Shown one piece after another: positions 58,573 through 64,000 of a DNA stretch of 64,000 nt (within the stretch, counting starts at the first letter, position 1; every line of letters begins with the position of its first letter). The notes below the pieces were generated by a model, which ran no database searches, had not been told where the DNA came from, and was given only the letters and a program-made list of their open reading frames with translations. The translations under genes and the position numbers were made by a program. Origin of the DNA: Malacoraja senta (Eukaryota); assembly GCA_038087875.1 (NCBI GenBank), contig JAXLNO010000051.1:310001-374000 (forward strand), read 5' to 3'.

Positions 58573-59402
58573 GAACTCGAACGCGAACTCCAACTCCAAC
58601 TCCAAATCGAACTTGAACTCGAACTGTATCTCGAATTTGATCACGAACTCTATATCTATCTCGAACTCTTTCGCGAACTCGAATACGAACTCGAACTCGA
58701 ACTCTATCTCGAACTCGAACTATCTAGAACTCGAACGCGAACTCGAACTCATATTCTATCTCGAACTCGAGTTGGAGTTCGACTTACGGGCGGAGCACCA
58801 AGGCAAATTCCTTGTATGCGAATACTTGGCCAGTAAACTTATTCATTCATTCATTCATTCATTCATTCAACTCTAACTCGAGCTCGAACTTGAACGCGAA
58901 CCCGAACACTATCTCGAACTCGAACTCTATCACAAACTTTATCTCGAACTCGAAATCTATCTCGAATTCGAAGTCTATCTCGAAATCTCTCTAGAACTCG
59001 AACTCTATCTCGAACTCGATCTCGAACTCGAATTCGAATTCGAACTCTAACGCTATCTCGAACTCTCACCCAAACTCGAACTCGAACTCGATCTCGAACT
59101 CCAACTCCAACTCCAACTCCAACTCCAACTCCAACTCCAACTTGAACTCTAACTCTAACACGAACATCTCGAACTCGAAAACTATCTATCTCGAACTCGA
59201 GTTGGAGTTCAAGTTACGGGCGGAGCACCAAGGCAAATTCCTTGTATGTGAATACTTGGCCAATAAACGTATTCATTCATTCATTCATTCATTCATTTAA
59301 CTCGAATTCGAGCTCGAACTTGAAATCTAACTCGAACTATCTCGAACTCGAATTCTATCTCGACCCTCAAATCTATCTCGAACTCGAACTCCAACTCCAA
59401 CT
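58573..59402 (+). repeat. Composite satellite block, mirror of 962-1832
   Basis: Reverse complement of the left-arm segment, including (CAACTC)n and the GACCCTCAA landmark. Confidence 0.93.
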
Positions 59403-60670
59403 TGGATTTACGAAGGGAAAATCATGCTTGATTAATCTACTGGAATTTTTTGAAGATGTAACTAGGAAAATGGACAAGGGAGACCCCGTGGATGTAGTGT
59501 ACCTGGACTTTCAGAAAGCATTTGATAAGGTCCCACATAGGAGATTAGTGGGCAAAATTAGGGCACATGGTATTGGGGGTAGAGTGCTGACATGGATAGA
59601 GAAGTGGTTGGCAGACAGGAAACAAAGAATAAGGATTAACCGGTCCCTTTCAGAATGGCAGGCAGCGATAAGTGGGGTACCGACAGGCTCGGTGCTGCGA
59701 CCTCAGCTATTTATAATATACATCAATGATTTGGATGAAGGGATTCAAAGTAACATTAGACAATTTGCAGATAACACAAAGCTGGGTGGCAGTGTGAACT
59801 GGGAGGAGGATGCTATGAGAATGCAGGGTGACTTGGACAGGTTGGGGAGTGGGCAGATGCATGGCAGATGAAGTTCAATTCGGATAAATGTGAGGTTATC
59901 CACTTTGGTAGCAAAAACAGGAAGGCAGATTTCTATCTAAATAGCGTCAAGTTGGGAAAAGAGGAAGTACAACGGGATCTGGGGGCCTTGTACACCAGTT
60001 TATGAAAGTAAACATGCAGGTACCGCAGGCAGTGAAGAAAGCGAATGGCATGTTGGCCTTTATAACAAGAGGAATCGAATATAGGAGCAAAGAGCTCCTT
60101 CTGCAGTTGTACAGAGCCCTAGTGAGACCACACTTGGAATATTGTGTGCAGTTTTGGTCCCCGAATTTGAGGAAGTACATTCTTGCTATTGAGGGAGTGC
60201 AGCGTAGTTAATTCCCAGGATGGAGCAGCTGGGCTTGAACACTTTGGAGTTTAGAAGGATGAGAGGATATCTCATTGAAACATATAAGATTGTTAAGGGC
60301 TGGGACACGCTAGAGGCAGGAAATATGTTCCCGATGTTGGGGGAGTCCAGAACCATGGACCACAGTTTAAGAATAAGGAGTAAGCCATTTAGAACGGAGA
60401 CGAGAAAACGCTTTTTCTCACATATAGTGGTGAGTCCGTGGAATTCTCTGCCTCAGAGGGCAATGGAGGCAGGTTCTCTGGATGCTTTCAAGAGAGAGCT
60501 AGATAGGGATCTTAAAAATAGCGGAGTCAGGGGATTTTGGAAGAAGGCAGGGACGGGGTACTGATTGGGGATAATCAGCCATGATCACATTGAATGGCGG
60601 TGCTGGCTTCTAGGGCCAAATGGCCTACTCCTGCACCTATTGTCTATTGTCTATTGTCTCTTGTCTATTG
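59403..60670 (+). mobile_element. 5'-truncated CR1 LINE with complete 3' end
   Basis: GFTKGKSCL, VYLDFQKAFDKVPH, FADNTKLGG, LEYCVQFWSP, WNSLPQ; 3'UTR with (CTATTGT)n tail. Confidence 0.94.
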
Positions 60671-60891
60671 AACTCGAACTCGAATTCGAGTTTTAGCTAG
60701 AGATAGAGTTCGAGTTCAAGATAGAGTTCGAGTTAACTCTATCACGAATATCTTGAACTCTAACTCTAACTCGAACTATCACGAATATCCCGAACTCGAA
60801 CTCGACTTGAGGGCGGAGCATCAAGGCAAATTCATTGTATGTGAATACATGGTCAATAAACTTATTCATTCATTTATTCATGCATTCAGTC

Positions 60892-60928
<37 letters not shown>

Positions 60929-61677
60929 AAACTCGAACTCTATCTTGAACTCCATCTCGATCTCGAACTCGAATGCGAACTTGAACTCGAACTCTATCTT
61001 GAACGCGAACTATCACGAACTCTAACTCTCTCTCGAACTCGAAATCGATCTCGAAATCTATCTCGAACTCTCTCTCGAACTCTCTCTCGAACTCTATCTC
61101 TAACTCTCTCTCTAACTAAAACTCGAACTCGAACTCTTATCTCGAACTCGAAATATCTCGAACTCTCTCTCGAACATGAACTCTATCTCGAACTATCTCG
61201 AACGCAAACTCGATATCAAACTCGATCTCGAACTTTATCTTGAACTCGAACTCGAACTCTATCTTGAACTCGAACTCTATCTCTAGCTAAAACTCGAATT
61301 CGAACTTGAACTATCTCGACCTCGAACTTTATCTCGAAATCGAAATCTATCTCGAACTCGAACTTGAAATCTATCTCGAACTCGAATTCGAATTCGATCC
61401 CGAACTCGAGTTGGATTTCGACTTACGGGCGGAGCACCAAGGCAAACTCCTTGTACGATAAACGTGGCCAATAAACATTCATTCATTCATTCATGCATTC
61501 CGTCAACTCTAACTCGAACTCGAACTCTCTCTCGAATTCAAACTCGAACTCTATCTCGAACTCGATCTCGATATCGAATTCGAATTCGCACTCGAACTCG
61601 TACTCTATCTCGAACACGATGTCGAACTCGAGTTCGAGTTCGAGTAGGACTTGCGGGCGGAGCAGCAAGGCAAATTC
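60671..61677 (+). repeat. Terminal composite satellite block
   Basis: GAACTC array; the last core is truncated after CAAGGCAAATTC. Confidence 0.92.
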
Positions 61678-62289
61678 TTTTTTGAGGCAGCGACTCCGGT
61701 AAATCCCTTCAATGGTGGGGAGGTCACAGCCGGTGATGGACTGGGTAGTTGTCGAACTAGGCCATGATGCAACCAGACAATATGTTCTCCACTTTACACT
61801 TGTAGATGTTCAAGAGAATCCTCTTTGACACACCGAATCTCCGTAATCTTCTCAGGAAGTAGAGGCGTTGATATGCTTTATTTATAATTGCATTAGTCTG
61901 CTGGGTCCAGGAAAGATCTTCGGAAATATGCACGCCAGGAATTTGAAAATGTTCACTCTCTCCACCATCGTTCCGTTGATATAAACGGGATTATGGAACC
62001 TCATTCTTCCTCTTCCAAAGTCCACAATCAGTTCATTGGTTTTACTGATATTGAGAGCCAGGTTATTGTGCTGGCATCATTTGGCCAATCGGTCGATCTC
62101 ATTCCTTTCACACTCATCACCATCTGTAATTCGCCCAACAATGCTGGTGTTGTCGATGAGCTTGAAAATGGAGTTCGCACTGTGTCCGGCTACACAGTGA
62201 TGAGTATGGAGTGAGTGGAGCAGGGGGCTGAGCACGCAGCCTTGAGGTGCTCCCGTATTGATTGTTATTGAGGATGACGTATTTCTACC
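61678..62289 (-). mobile_element. Older, degenerate Rex1/Babar RT fragment
   Basis: Collinear by eye with 62780-63435 (GAGGCAGCGACT, TCCGTAATCTTCTCAGGAAGTAGAGGCG, GAGCACGCAGCCTTGAGGTGCTCCCGT), with more substitutions and indels. Confidence 0.85.
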
Positions 62290-62425
62290 TTCTTCTTGTT
62301 AGTGAAGCATAAACCTTTGAAGCAACAAACACCCACGGCGAGGTAAGTGGGTGTTTGTTCGAAGTCCAAGCGCCTGTTGTTAACGAAGACAGCTAGCTAG
62401 CTTAGCTTCATTGTTGTGTAGATGG

Positions 62426-63880
62426 AAGTCAAGTCAAGTCAAGTCAAGTCAAGTGAGTTTAATGTCATGTGTCCCTGGTAGGACAATGAAATTCTTGCTT
62501 TGCTTGAGCACAACAGAACATAGTAGGCATTTACTACAAGGCATTCTATAAATATATACACAATGGTCAATATACTGATAAAGTGCAAATAACAGTATTG
62601 GCTAGTAAAGTTCAGTGTTATGTCCGAGCCAGGTTTAATAGCCTGATGGCTGTGGGGAAGTAGCTGTTCCTGAACCTGGTCGTTGCAGTCTTCAGGCTCC
62701 TGTACCTTCTACCTGAAGGTAGTAGGGAGATGAGTGTGTGGCCAGGATGGTGTGGGTCCTTGATGATGCTGCCAGCCTTTTGGAGGCAGCGACTGTGGTA
62801 GATCCCCTCGATGGAAGGGAGGTCAGAGCCGATGATGGACTGGGTAGTGTTTACTACCTTTTGTAGTCTTTTCCTCTCCAGGGCACTCAAGTTGCCGAAC
62901 CAAGCCACGATGCAACCGGTCAGCATGCTCCCTACTGTCCACCTGTAGAAGTTAGAGAGAGTCCTCCTTGACAAACCGACTCTCCGTAATCTTCTCAGGA
63001 AGTAGAGGCGCTGATGTGCTTTCTTAATAATGGCATCATTGTTCTCGGACCAGGAAAGATCTTCAGAGATGTGCACGCCCAGGAATTTGAAGCTCTTGAC
63101 CCTTTCAACCATCGACCCGTTGATATAAACGGGACTGTGGGTCCCCATCCTACTCCTTCCAAAGTCCACAATCAGTTCCTTGGTTTTGCTGGTGTTTAGG
63201 GCCAGATTGTTGTGCTGGCACCATATGGACAGTTGCTCGATCTCTCTTCTATACTCTGACTCATCCCAATCAGTGATACGTCCCACAACAGTGGTGTCAT
63301 CAGCGAACTTGATGATGGAGTTCGCACTATGTCCCGCTACGCAGTCATGAGTATAGAGTGAGTACAGCAGGGGACTGAGCACGCAGCCTTGAGGTGCTCC
63401 CGTGCTAATTGTTATAGACTCTGACACATTTCCACCAATACGAACAGACTGTGGTCTGAGAGTGAGGAAGTCGAGGATCCAATTGCAGAGGCATGCATAG
63501 AGACCCAGTTCTGCGAGTTTGGTAACCAGCTTGGAGGGGATGATTGTGTTAAATGCCGAGCTGTAATCGATGAATAACAGCCTGACATATGAGTTTTTGT
63601 TGTCCAAGTGGTCCAGAGCGGAGTGGAGGGCCAGCGAGATAGCATCCACCGTTGATCTGTTGTGGCGGTAAGCGAACTGCAGTGGGTCCAGGTTTTTGTC
63701 GCGGTAGGAGTTGATCTGCGTCATGATCAACCTCTCAAAGCACTTCATCACCACAGGCGTTAGTGCCACAGGTCGATTGTCATTGAGGCACGTCACCTTA
63801 CTCTTCTTGGGCACTGGTATAATTGATGCCCTTTTGAAGCAGGTGGGGACCTCAGACCTCAGAAGTGAGAGGTTGAAAAT
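62426..63880 (-). mobile_element. 5'-truncated Rex1/Babar LINE with an open RT frame and (GACTT)n tail
   Basis: [64 protein letters not shown]; stop at 62618; tail AAGTC x5; possible TSD ATGGAA at 62422-62427 and 63879-63884. Confidence 0.92.
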
Positions 63881-63905
63881 GGAATGCTGTTGACACAGTT
63901 TTGCC

Positions 63906-64000
63906 TTCAGATTCAGATTCAGATTCAGATTCAACTTTATTGTCATTGTGCAGTGTACAGTACAGAGACAACGAAATGCAGTTAGCATCTCCCTAGCAGA
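63906..64000 (-). mobile_element. 3' terminus of another Rex1-type LINE or SINE with (TGAATC)n tail, continues past window end
   Basis: Minus strand reads GCATTTCGTTGTC...CAATGACAATAAAGTTGAATCTGAATCTGAATC. Confidence 0.7.

Noticed and set aside
59242..59871. Apparent satellite-RT fusion proteins (59242..59871 and 496..1146)
   Set aside because: Chance read-through from stop-free satellite into a truncated, frameshifted CR1 whose catalytic motif is damaged (FADN or FAD-).
62618..63988. 456-aa ORF as an intact RT gene
   Set aside because: Its N-terminus (..LNLNLNLNL..) comes from the tail of an unrelated element and flank. Rex1 homology starts near 63880 and no endonuclease is present, so it is a 5'-truncated copy.

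Overview
This is eukaryotic repetitive DNA with no host protein-coding gene, RNA gene or CRISPR array that I can support. The CR1, L1 and Rex1/Babar families present, especially the CR1 3' end GATCAGCCATGATCA.ATTGAATGGCGG...CCTGCACCTAT, suggest a cartilaginous fish; this is recalled resemblance, not a search result. About half of the window is one composite satellite: a degenerate CpG-rich (GAACTC/GAGTTC)n hexamer array punctuated by roughly 75-80 copies (hand count) of a ~50-bp core, GGGCGGAGCACCAAGGCAAATTCCTTGTATGTGAATACTTGGCCAATAAAC, followed by (ATTC)n. The core looks like a Rex1-type LINE 3' terminus. The array reads GAGTTC on + up to ~28203 and GAACTC afterwards. Positions 1-16074 and 39803-60365 are diverged arms of a large inverted duplication that share the same dead full-length L1 and the same CR1 insertion. 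Each arm later gained private events: a CR1 inside the left L1, an L1-in-L1 nest in the right arm, and tandem duplications of 0.6-2.1 kb. A 3.2-kb unit carrying the L1 3' end is triplicated just beyond the left arm. Rex1 fragments and an L2/Crack-like fragment complete the window. Nearly all short ORFs in the track are translations of the satellite.
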